This document shows, in pieces, positions 9,696-18,300 of a stretch of DNA of 64,000 nucleotides. Made by a program: the position numbers and the translations under genes. A model generated the notes under the pieces. The model searched no databases, was not told where the DNA came from, and saw only the letters and a program-made list of their open reading frames with translations. The DNA lies in contig CAZJFL010000003.1 in assembly GCA_964545575.1 (NCBI GenBank), positions 55,000 to 118,999 of the forward strand, given 5' to 3'. Position 1 is the first letter of the stretch, and each line of letters opens with the position of its first letter. Origin of the DNA: an uncultured Planctomycetales bacterium (GTDB lineage Bacteria > Omnitrophota > Gorgyraeia > Gygaellales > Profunditerraquicolaceae).

Positions 9696-11441
9696 TTAAA
9701 ATATAATTCCTTCTTCCGAAGCTGCCTCAATCTGGCTGGCAAATAATTCCCTATACCCCGCATTCCTTAAGAGTTCCTCGTGGCTGCCGATATAAATATC
9801 GGCGGGGCCTTCTAAAAAATAGGCCAGCTCCATCTTTTTAACCGTAGATAGCCTATGCGAAACAACGATTATGGTAGAATCTCTGAATTCATTTTTGATA
9901 TTATCGATGATTTTTTCCTCGGTTTCAGAATCTAACGAAGACATCGCTTCATCTAAAATCAGGATACTCGGCCTTTTTATTACTGTTCTGGCAATGGCAA
10001 CCCTTTGCTTCTGGCCCTCGGAAAGTTTACAGGCCATCTCTCCAATTAGCGAATCGTAGCCTTGGGGCAGCTTAAAAATAAATTTATCGATTTGCGCGAT
10101 CTTCGCTGCCTTAACCATTTCTTCATAACTGGCATCATCTTTTCCGTAGAGGATATTATTGGCAAGCGTATCATTCCAGAGGAGCGCCTCCTGAAGGCAA
10201 ATACCAATTTGCTCCTTCAAGGATTTTAATTTAACATCTTTTATATTCTGGCCGTCGATTAAAATCGAGCCTTTTTCCAGATTATAAAGCCTTAAGATCA
10301 AAGAAAGCAAAGTTGTCTTTCCGCATCCTGATTTTCCTACCAGGGCAATTTTTGAGCCGGGTTTGATTGTAAAATTTACCCCTTTTAAGACAAATCCATC
10401 TTTTTGGTATGTAAAATGAACGTCATGAAATTCTATTTTTCCCTTTAGAATCTTTGCCCCGGCGGCACCCTCTTTATCCCTTATCTCTGTTTTGATATCG
10501 AGAATTTCTGCCAGGCGCTGGTAGGATACTGAATTTACAAAAATATTTTCATAAAATCCTGCCATTGACTTAAACGCCCCCAAGGCTTGAGTTAAATAAA
10601 TCATTAACGCAGTCAGGCTTCCTAAGGTCAGATCCCCCCTGATAACTTGATAACCGCCGTATAAAAGAATTATCCCGCTTATCAGCTTGTTAAGAATAGA
10701 GCTGGAAAAACTGCTCATGCTGCGTATGCGGGCGTTTTTGAACTCAAAATCCGTCCTTCTTAAAAGAGATTCCTCAAATCTTTTTATCTCATACTCTTCT
10801 TTGCCCAAAGCCTTTACCAGATGCATATGGCTGAAAACTTCCTGAAGATTTCTATAAATATCCTGGGACTTATCAATGACCCTATAGGCTACCTGTTTTA
10901 GCCATTTTCCAAAAAAATAGGGATGGATAAAACTTAGGGGGGCCAAAATAAAGGTAAAAAAAGCAAGTTTCCAGTTAAGATAAAAAACGATGCATGAAAT
11001 AACCGCCAGGCGCAAAATTACTAAAGGTACCTGGGGGAGGCTGTTAGAGATAAAGCCGCTTACGGATGAAACATCGTTGCTTATACGATAAATATGCTCG
11101 CCTGTAGATTTATCCTTAAAGAAACTTAAAGAGAGGCTCTGCAGGTGCCTGAATAAATCTTTGGTTATATCAAAGCGTACCTGGGAATTTACTTTCGAGG
11201 AAAGGTAACTGATTAAGGAATTGATTAAACCATTTAGGATGAATATGCTTGCGCCAATAACAGCTAAAATCAAAAATAATTTTAGATCCTTATTCGCATA
11301 TGCCCTATCAATGACCAGCTTTGTAAGATAGGGGTTGATTAAACTTAAAGGCAAGCTAACCAGCCCTAAAAGAATTACCAGAGTCTCAATTTTCCAGTAT
11401 CTATAGAGATATTTATTAAAGCGTTTCCAATTTACATTCAT
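9696..11441 (-). CDS. ABC exporter (TM + NBD), no C39 peptidase domain
   Basis: GKSGCGKTT, LSEGQKQR, ILDEA, SHRLST. Confidence 0.92.
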   Translation of the reverse strand: MNVNWKRFNKYLYRYWKIETLVILLGLVSLPLSLINPYLTKLVIDRAYANKDLKLFLILAVIGASIFILNGLINSLISYLSSKVNSQVRFDITKDLFRHLQSLSLSFFKDKSTGEHIYRISNDVSSVSGFISNSLPQVPLVILRLAVISCIVFYLNWKLAFFTFILAPLSFIHPYFFGKWLKQVAYRVIDKSQDIYRNLQEVFSHMHLVKALGKEEYEIKRFEESLLRRTDFEFKNARIRSMSSFSSSILNKLISGIILLYGGYQVIRGDLTLGSLTALMIYLTQALGAFKSMAGFYENIFVNSVSYQRLAEILDIKTEIRDKEGAAGAKILKGKIEFHDVHFTYQKDGFVLKGVNFTIKPGSKIALVGKSGCGKTTLLSLILRLYNLEKGSILIDGQNIKDVKLKSLKEQIGICLQEALLWNDTLANNILYGKDDASYEEMVKAAKIAQIDKFIFKLPQGYDSLIGEMACKLSEGQKQRVAIARTVIKRPSILILDEAMSSLDSETEEKIIDNIKNEFRDSTIIVVSHRLSTVKKMELAYFLEGPADIYIGSHEELLRNAGYRELFASQIEAASEEGIIF

Positions 11442-11500
11442 GGTTAAATTGTCAAATCGCTATATTGTTATACTGCTAGGTAATTTGACAGTTTAGCGGT

Positions 11501-12424
11501 TTATTTTGTCTTGCGCACAAACCCGATCACTCTTTTATTATTTACAAACCCCAAACGATAACAAGGCACGCTGCTAAGCAAATCCTGGCAAAAGGAAACG
11601 ATATTCTCTAAACAATTTTTGTCCCAGAAGGTGGGGAATAAACAGGGATACAGTAGGTTAAGGGCTGACTTTTTAGAAATTATTTTTATTTTATTCTCCG
11701 GGCTATGATAGATAAAAAATATCTTCTCCAGAGGCGCGGATTCTATCTTTGAGCTTAAATAATCGCTGAATGCGCCATGCCAGGGAGAGCTGTAGATAAA
11801 GAATCTTTTTTTAATTTTACGGATGATTATACGATCGTCATTTAAAACCATGGCTTTTGAATGATTATACCAGAGCTTGGCCAGAGTAGTTTTGCCGGCG
11901 TGAGATTTACCGGCAAAAAGTAAACCCTTGCCTTGCAAATCTTTTATCCCCACAGAATGGGTAAAAATTCCTTGCCTTCTTAAGGCAAGATGATTTATCA
12001 GCAGGACCTGTAAAAAGTCATAGATAATATCGGTGAAATTCCAGGCTCTTGCCTTGTTTTTTTTAGGCAAAAGATAAGCATTTACCTTATCAAAGGCCGG
12101 ATTCACCCGCATAAGTTGTTTCTTGGCTTCTAAAGGGCACTTATAGATATAAAAATCATTCTTTTTAAGCAGGCGCCAATTCTCATTTTTGCTTATATAG
12201 TGAGTAGTGATAAAGATATCTTGCGCCTGCCTGATTTCGGGCAATTTGTCTACGATGTTAACCTGAATAGTAATATGCGGTTTTTGCCTTCCCTTATAAA
12301 AAAAATTTTGAAAGCGCTCAAACCTTTCCAGCCTCTTCTTTTCTTTAGTCCGCTGTTCAAAGGGAAAAGCGCTTTGCATCTGAATGACTATATCGGCAAT
12401 CTTTAATTTTACCCTGTACTCCAT
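11501..12424 (-). CDS. HPr kinase-like P-loop protein of the type found in RiPP clusters
   Basis: HSVGI...LFAGKSHAGKTT, LNDDR, SSPWHG. Confidence 0.78.
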   Translation of the reverse strand: MEYRVKLKIADIVIQMQSAFPFEQRTKEKKRLERFERFQNFFYKGRQKPHITIQVNIVDKLPEIRQAQDIFITTHYISKNENWRLLKKNDFYIYKCPLEAKKQLMRVNPAFDKVNAYLLPKKNKARAWNFTDIIYDFLQVLLINHLALRRQGIFTHSVGIKDLQGKGLLFAGKSHAGKTTLAKLWYNHSKAMVLNDDRIIIRKIKKRFFIYSSPWHGAFSDYLSSKIESAPLEKIFFIYHSPENKIKIISKKSALNLLYPCLFPTFWDKNCLENIVSFCQDLLSSVPCYRLGFVNNKRVIGFVRKTK

Positions 12425-12425
12425 A

Positions 12426-13484
12426 TTAACAGTTTAAACCTTGCTTTATTTTTTTGGCAAAAATCCGGCTCTCGGGCTCGCAGGAGGTGAAGGTTTTATT
12501 GTAAAGCCATGCCCTCCCCGGGCACCATTTGCAGAAAGGCGCTAAATTGCATCTGTCGCATTTATAATTTTTATCTTGCTTAATTGAGGAAACCAGTCCT
12601 TTTAGCCTCTGCCAGGCATCTTTTAAAGAGGTCTTTAATATTTTGTATTTAGGAAAATCAATCATCAAGCACATTTTCAGTTCTCCAAAAGGATTAATTG
12701 CTGCCTGGCTTACTCCTACTGCGCATTTAAATAAATTATTGCTATCGGGTATTTGGTTTGTAGCCACTAAATCACACTCTTTAAAATTATCTTTTCTTAT
12801 GGCCTGCAACCTGTAGCCTGTAGCCTGTAGCTTATTTTTTAAACTTCCCCTATACCTAAATGGCTCTTTTGAACCATCTAGGCGTGGCGAAAGCCTGGTA
12901 TCCAGCCGATGTAGGGCGCCTAAGGATTCGGCAAAATCCTGGATATCCTCTATTTGGGCTTCGTTTTCTTTTAAAACACAGGTCTTAAAACCTAAATTGA
13001 CTTTATTTTTATGTAAAAGCCCGATTGCTTTAAAAACTTTTTTATATGAACCGGGAGAACAGGTTATCTTCTCAAAAGCGGCTTCAGTCATTGCCGGAAG
13101 GGTAATATCTACCTTGTTTGGTTTAAGCTGGGCTAATTCCCGGGCAATTATTTCATCGATTAAAGAGCCATTGCTATAAATGATGATTTCAACCCCTTTT
13201 TTCTTAGCATAGCAAAGGATCTGTATTATATCCTTTCTCATAAACGGTTCGCCGCCTGTAAAGCCCAAATAGAAGCAACCTATATCAGCCAGTTGATCAA
13301 GAATAGAAAATACCTCTTTAGTCTTAAGTTCTCTTTTTTCTCTAAAACTTTCCGGGACATAACAGTGCCTGCATTTAAAATTACATCTATAGGTTAACTC
13401 GAACATCACCCTTAAGAGAGAACCTTTTTCCTTTGCGCTCTTATGTATCTGTTGCCAGAACTTATTGTAGGCCCTAGTCTGCAT
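12426..13484 (-). CDS. Radical SAM/SPASM peptide maturase 2
   Basis: CNFKCRHC, FTGGEP; SPASM C..G....INPFGELKMC...CDRCNLAPFCKWCP...C. Confidence 0.9.
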   Translation of the reverse strand: MQTRAYNKFWQQIHKSAKEKGSLLRVMFELTYRCNFKCRHCYVPESFREKRELKTKEVFSILDQLADIGCFYLGFTGGEPFMRKDIIQILCYAKKKGVEIIIYSNGSLIDEIIARELAQLKPNKVDITLPAMTEAAFEKITCSPGSYKKVFKAIGLLHKNKVNLGFKTCVLKENEAQIEDIQDFAESLGALHRLDTRLSPRLDGSKEPFRYRGSLKNKLQATGYRLQAIRKDNFKECDLVATNQIPDSNNLFKCAVGVSQAAINPFGELKMCLMIDFPKYKILKTSLKDAWQRLKGLVSSIKQDKNYKCDRCNLAPFCKWCPGRAWLYNKTFTSCEPESRIFAKKIKQGLNC

Positions 13485-13485
13485 C

Positions 13486-14586
13486 TTAACCGCCTAAACG
13501 CTTTCTCTCTGCTAAGGTGGCTTTAGCCAAATCGCAATAATAAGTTACCGGGGATTCCTCATCCCCGGTTTCTAAGAAAGCCCTGGCTGGGCAGTTATAG
13601 CAGAGCGGCCTTAAAGAACAGAGCCGGCATTTAGATTCGGTTTTAAATTTCTCCTTTAAGATTCCGGGAAAGACGCGGTAAAAGCCTTCTTTAAAGGGAG
13701 TTTCTTTTAAATCCACGCTGAATTTTTCAGAAAACATGCAAAACTTCAATTTTCCATAGGGATTGATAAAGAAATACTTCTTCCAGATATTGCAACGGTA
13801 AAGAAAATCTTTATTTCTGCTTAAATCCGGAAAATCGCTCTTTAAACGCCGCTGGTATTCTTCCCAGATTTGGGGGTCTTGTCTTCTTGCCTCTTTTAGC
13901 TCGGAAAAATTAAGTCTAAAATTTGTGGGGGCTATGTCTCCATTCAGCCGGGGGTAAATCATCGGGTCATATTTGAAATGGTATCTATTTTTGGAAGGCC
14001 CCCCCCAAAGTTGTTCGGTCCATTGTTTTATGCTTCCCAGCTCGTCTTTATTCTGCTTAAGGCAGTTTGTCTTCACTATCAAGGGTATTTTACTTTCTGC
14101 CAAAAATTTAATATTCTTTATTGCCTTTGAAAAAGAACCCCCTACCCGGCTTATCTTTTCATAGGTATCTTTGGTTATCCCGTTTAAAGTGACCTCGATG
14201 GACAGGGGCGGAGATTTTATCAAATAATCAAAAATCTCTTTGCTGAATAGCTGCGCATTAGTAAAAATGGTTACAAGAAAACCTTTTTCTTTGGCAAAGG
14301 AATAAAGCTCTAGAAAATCATCCCTGATTAAGGGATCCCCTCCGGTAAAGGTAACCCATAGACAACCCTCTTTTTTAATCTCGTTTAAAATTTTCTTCCA
14401 ATCTTGAGTGGTTAATTCCTGGTTTGAGGTTTTGCGGTATTTTTGCGGTATTGCGCTATTTTTACAGTAGCAATGGATACAGTTAAGGCTGCAATTGTAG
14501 GTAAGCTCGATTGTGCCGCTTAAGGGGAATTGCCCTTTTTTAATCCTAAGCCGCTGATAAAAAGGGCCTAATCTTCGCTCTTGCAT
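13486..14586 (-). CDS. Radical SAM/SPASM peptide maturase 1
   Basis: CSLNCIHC, FTGGDP; SPASM C...INPYGKLKFC...CRLCSLRPLCYNCP...C. Confidence 0.9.
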   Translation of the reverse strand: MQERRLGPFYQRLRIKKGQFPLSGTIELTYNCSLNCIHCYCKNSAIPQKYRKTSNQELTTQDWKKILNEIKKEGCLWVTFTGGDPLIRDDFLELYSFAKEKGFLVTIFTNAQLFSKEIFDYLIKSPPLSIEVTLNGITKDTYEKISRVGGSFSKAIKNIKFLAESKIPLIVKTNCLKQNKDELGSIKQWTEQLWGGPSKNRYHFKYDPMIYPRLNGDIAPTNFRLNFSELKEARRQDPQIWEEYQRRLKSDFPDLSRNKDFLYRCNIWKKYFFINPYGKLKFCMFSEKFSVDLKETPFKEGFYRVFPGILKEKFKTESKCRLCSLRPLCYNCPARAFLETGDEESPVTYYCDLAKATLAERKRLGG

Positions 14587-14589
14587 AAA

Positions 14590-14850
14590 TTAAGATTGCC
14601 CTTCGGCCGAGTAAGGAGTCTGTCCTGCTGGATAGATACCAGGAGGAAACTCGCAAACCCCCTCACCCAGCATCTCTTTTGTAGCGACCTCAGTCCAGCA
14701 AATATTATCTGGGGGTGGAGGGGTATTAGCTAGATGTGCTGTTGTCCATGCCACACCAAACTCAAAACAGTTACAAGACAGCACTGCCTGCTCGGGGTTT
14801 AATTTTATCCGGCTAATCACCGGCCTAAACTTTGGTTTTCTCGTCTTCAT
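14590..14850 (-). CDS. Putative RiPP precursor peptide (86 aa)
   Basis: Lies between PqqD and the rSAM genes, ATGA overlap with PqqD, GGAGG SD; basic leader KPKFRPVISRIKLNPEQAVLSC; 4 Cys; C-terminal Ser. Confidence 0.75.
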   Translation of the reverse strand: MKTRKPKFRPVISRIKLNPEQAVLSCNCFEFGVAWTTAHLANTPPPPDNICWTEVATKEMLGEGVCEFPPGIYPAGQTPYSAEGQS

Positions 14851-15137
14851 TTTACCTCCTCTATTGCCTTTATCTTCCTTAAATCTTCCAGCAGCACCTG
14901 CAATTTTTTGTCTGTTTCTTCTTCTGTGGTATCAAACTTTTTTAAAATCGCTTTTCTAATATCTTTTAGGGTTCTTTTTCCATCAATTAAATCCCAGATC
15001 TTTAAGGCAGCCTTATTTAGGGTATAAATATAATTTGCTTCCTCGGATGTCCTATAAATGGGTATCAGCATCGCTTGATCATCTATCTGGCGGCTGACTA
15101 TATCCGGGCTCTTCTTTAAAACTGCATCCTTTTTCAT
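14847..15137 (-). CDS. Stand-alone PqqD/RRE peptide chaperone
   Basis: IVSRQIDDQAMLIP...IYTLNKAALKIWDLIDGKRTL...L..L pattern; AAGGAGG SD. Confidence 0.9.
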   Translation of the reverse strand: MKKDAVLKKSPDIVSRQIDDQAMLIPIYRTSEEANYIYTLNKAALKIWDLIDGKRTLKDIRKAILKKFDTTEEETDKKLQVLLEDLRKIKAIEEVK

Positions 15138-15203
15138 ACTTTGCCTCCTTGTAAATTCAATCGCAACAGTGTGCCCTGGCTATTGCTAGATGAGCGTCTA
15201 ACT

Positions 15204-15292
15204 ATGCCTACAGGGGCAAGGCTATTATTAGGGAAAGCCTACTCTCATATTATCACAAGAGGAAATCAGAGACAACAGGTTTTCTTAAGACG
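15204..15292 (+). pseudogene. N-terminal remnant of a REP-associated (IS200-like Y1) tyrosine transposase
   Basis: MPTGARLLLGKAYSHIITRGNQRQQVF matches the RAYT N-terminus MPR..R.....YH...RGN.RQ.IF; similarity is lost after about 30 codons. Confidence 0.6.
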
Positions 15293-15358
15293 GGGAATTT
15301 GTCTAGGTTTTATGTGGGTTTTGCGTTGGTTTGGGAATTGTCTGGGTTTTGGGTTTTG

Positions 15359-18300
15359 TTAACGCAGGTACCAGTGATCCTCATCGCCCACTAAAAGCTT
15401 ATATCCGGGAAATATTATTTTTGAATAGTCAGAACCGAGATCCATTCTGCTGTTAGCATCAAGGAAGCTAAAACCGACTCCGCTATAAACGTCGATCCTA
15501 GTGTTGTCAAAGATATCTGCGTCTAAGAAGGATATCAGCCCGCCGGCATGAAGATAGAGCCGGTCAATGGTAGTAATACCTACCGCCTCTAAGCTAATGC
15601 TACCAGCAGCATAAAGGGAAATCCAATCATGCGGACCAAAGGAAAAACCCCCTGTCAGAGTAATACTCCCTCCAGTAGAAGTAATAGCCAGTCCTTTGTT
15701 ACCTATAAAGTGGCTAAGGAAAGATGTATTGGCAGTAAGGCTATCTGCACTTTGGAGGTAGATGTAGGAAGAGGTAGCTGTGTTATTTAAAGTAAGGCTT
15801 CCTCCTCCGCTTTTATCATAATTCGCATAAAGATAGATCTTGTCGGCGGCTATACTTTGGTTTAAAGTAACGTCTCCGTAAGCAAGAATATAGATTGCTG
15901 TCAGCCCGGAGAGCTGCGAGTCAACAACAATGGTGCCAGCGGCAGCAGTAGAAGTAATGCCAAGCCCTCCGCTGTAATTGGATAAACGGGGAAGGAGTGC
16001 ACTTAAGGTAAATCCGGTCGGATTCGCACCTTGGAGGTAGATGTAGGGAGCGGTAACCATGATGGTCGGCGGTGTTATGAAAGTAAGGCTTCCAGAGCCC
16101 TTTTTATCATTATCCGCATAGAGATAGATCGCACCGTTTATTGTATCGTTTGTGCTAATAGTAGTCCTGTTTACAGTAAGAGTTCCGGCAGCAAAAAGGT
16201 AGACTCCATCATTTCGGGCAATGGGCGCAGATACCGTAATATCTCCGTTGGTAGAGCAAACACTTAAAACGCCGGTGTTGTTGATTAAAAAGCCAAGGAA
16301 AGCTGCATCGATGAACATAATTGCTGCCCCATCAGGCGCACTTTGGAGGTAGATCTTGGCAGCTTCTACATATTTATTATTTAAATTAAGGGCTCCCGAG
16401 CCATCTTTATCATTATCCGCAAGAAGATAGGCGCAGGGGGCTGTTATCGCTGTTGCCGACAGAGGATTTAAAGTAAGAATTCCAGCAGCATAAAGGTAGA
16501 TTCCCGTATTTCGGGAAATGGCCGTAGTTACCGTAATATCTCCCGTGGCAGCCACTTCTGCTTTAAGAGCGTTGATGCTTAAAACATCTGCGGCACCACC
16601 GGAATAGGCTAATTTGTTCAGGAAAGTCAAATCAATAGTAAAATTCTGCGCGCCTTGGAAGTAGATGTTGGCAGCATTGAAGGTGCCCAATGTATAAGAA
16701 ATCTGTCCCGATATAGCGCCAACACTATCCCCATACGCCGCATAGACGTAAATCTTGCCGCTCCCAGAGGTAACTGATAGGGCTACCGGACCACCTACCC
16801 CTACAGTAATATTTTCCGCACCATAAAGGTAGATTCCCTGAGTGCGGCTAATGTCAGTTGTTACCGTAATATTTCCGGCAGTAGAGGTGATGCTTAAGAG
16901 CTGGGTGTTACTGGTTAAAAAGCCGAGGAAACTTCCATCGATAGTAAAACTACCCGTACCTTGGAAGCCCGCACCTTGGAGGTAGGCGTAGGCAGCGTCA
17001 ATCTTTGTACCTACGCCCCCTATATAAAGTTGTCCTGCTTTATCTTTATCCTGATCCGCATAAAGGTAGACGTGGCCGCCGACTGCGTTGTCGCTGATTA
17101 TATCTGCATTTACAGTAATATCTCCAGTAGCATAAAGGTAGATATTATTTCGGCCACTAATGCGCGCACCTACAGCTACCGTAATATTTCCGTTGGTAGA
17201 GTAGAGACTTAAAACGCCGGTGTTGTTGATTAAAAAGCCAAGGAAACTTCCATCGATATTAAAAAGCTGCGCCTTTTTGAGATAGATGTTGGGAGAGTTG
17301 ATTAGTATGTTATTACTAAGGGTTCCTGTTTTATTTTGATCATAATCCGCATAAAGGTAGACCGCGCCGGTTGTTGCGGTAGAGGCGTTGGCCTGGGCCA
17401 CTGTAACATTATTATCAGCATAAACATAAATTTTACCTCCCGTTGCCGTAATAGTTCCACAGGTAATATTAAGTGAAGCATGAAGATTGACATCTTGGCC
17501 TCCGGTAATCACAGAAGACGCGCCGCCACCAATACAATAAATACTACCGCTTGCGGAAATATAAACTGAACCGGCGGCATTTAAATTATACGTTCCAGGC
17601 ACCCCCAGAATAACATTATGCCCAAAGATTTTTATATCGCCGGAAGTAGCAACGGTAATCGAGGTTCCGTTAGCCTGGGTAAAATCTCCGTCCCCGTTAT
17701 AATCTGAATCAGCCACAAAGATGAAATCAGTACCCGTGACAGTAATACTAGCATTCACATTTATATTGCGGGCGGCTTCTAAGGGACCAACGAGACCTAT
17801 CGGATTGCTAATAATGACGTCATAAAAGGGATGGCCACCAGGAGTGATGGTCGGGGTACTCCCGCCGTTAAAAGTGACAAGTGAGTTTCCAGGGTCAAAA
17901 GTAGCAGCTTCGCTTAAGGTAAAATTACCCCCCACGGATATGTTTGAGCTTTGGGCATTAAAAATAGCGCCGCTGTTTAAAATAAAACTACCACCCACGG
18001 CTAAAGTAAAAGATCCACAATTGACTTCTCCTGAATCTTGGCTATAAGGGCCGTTAATATTAAGGCCCCCCGCCAGGGTGATTGACCCTGAAAAACCACT
18101 TGTAATAATCAGGGAGTTAATCGTTAACCCTGGCATATTCATAATAGTATCGTCTGAGGTTGTATTAAAGATAATATCTTGGCCGTCAGGAGGTATCTGA
18201 GGATTCCAGTTAAGCGGATCTGACCAAAAAATGCCGTCGCCAGGCGGAAACCCCCCTGCCCCCACCCACTCCGGGTCTAAATGCCAGCCCACGATGCTGC

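Noticed and set aside
8084-15137. Lasso peptide or PQQ biosynthesis cluster
   Set aside because: No asparagine-synthetase-like cyclase or transglutaminase B2 protein; no PqqB/PqqC and no ExxxY PqqA motif.
15163-15177. sigma54-like GGCAC...TTGC upstream of pqqD
   Set aside because: GG to GC spacing from the GGCAC box is 9 nt rather than the required 10.
15141-15362. 73-aa plus-strand ORF as an intact gene
   Set aside because: Only the central part resembles a transposase start; the rest is low-complexity repeat sequence.
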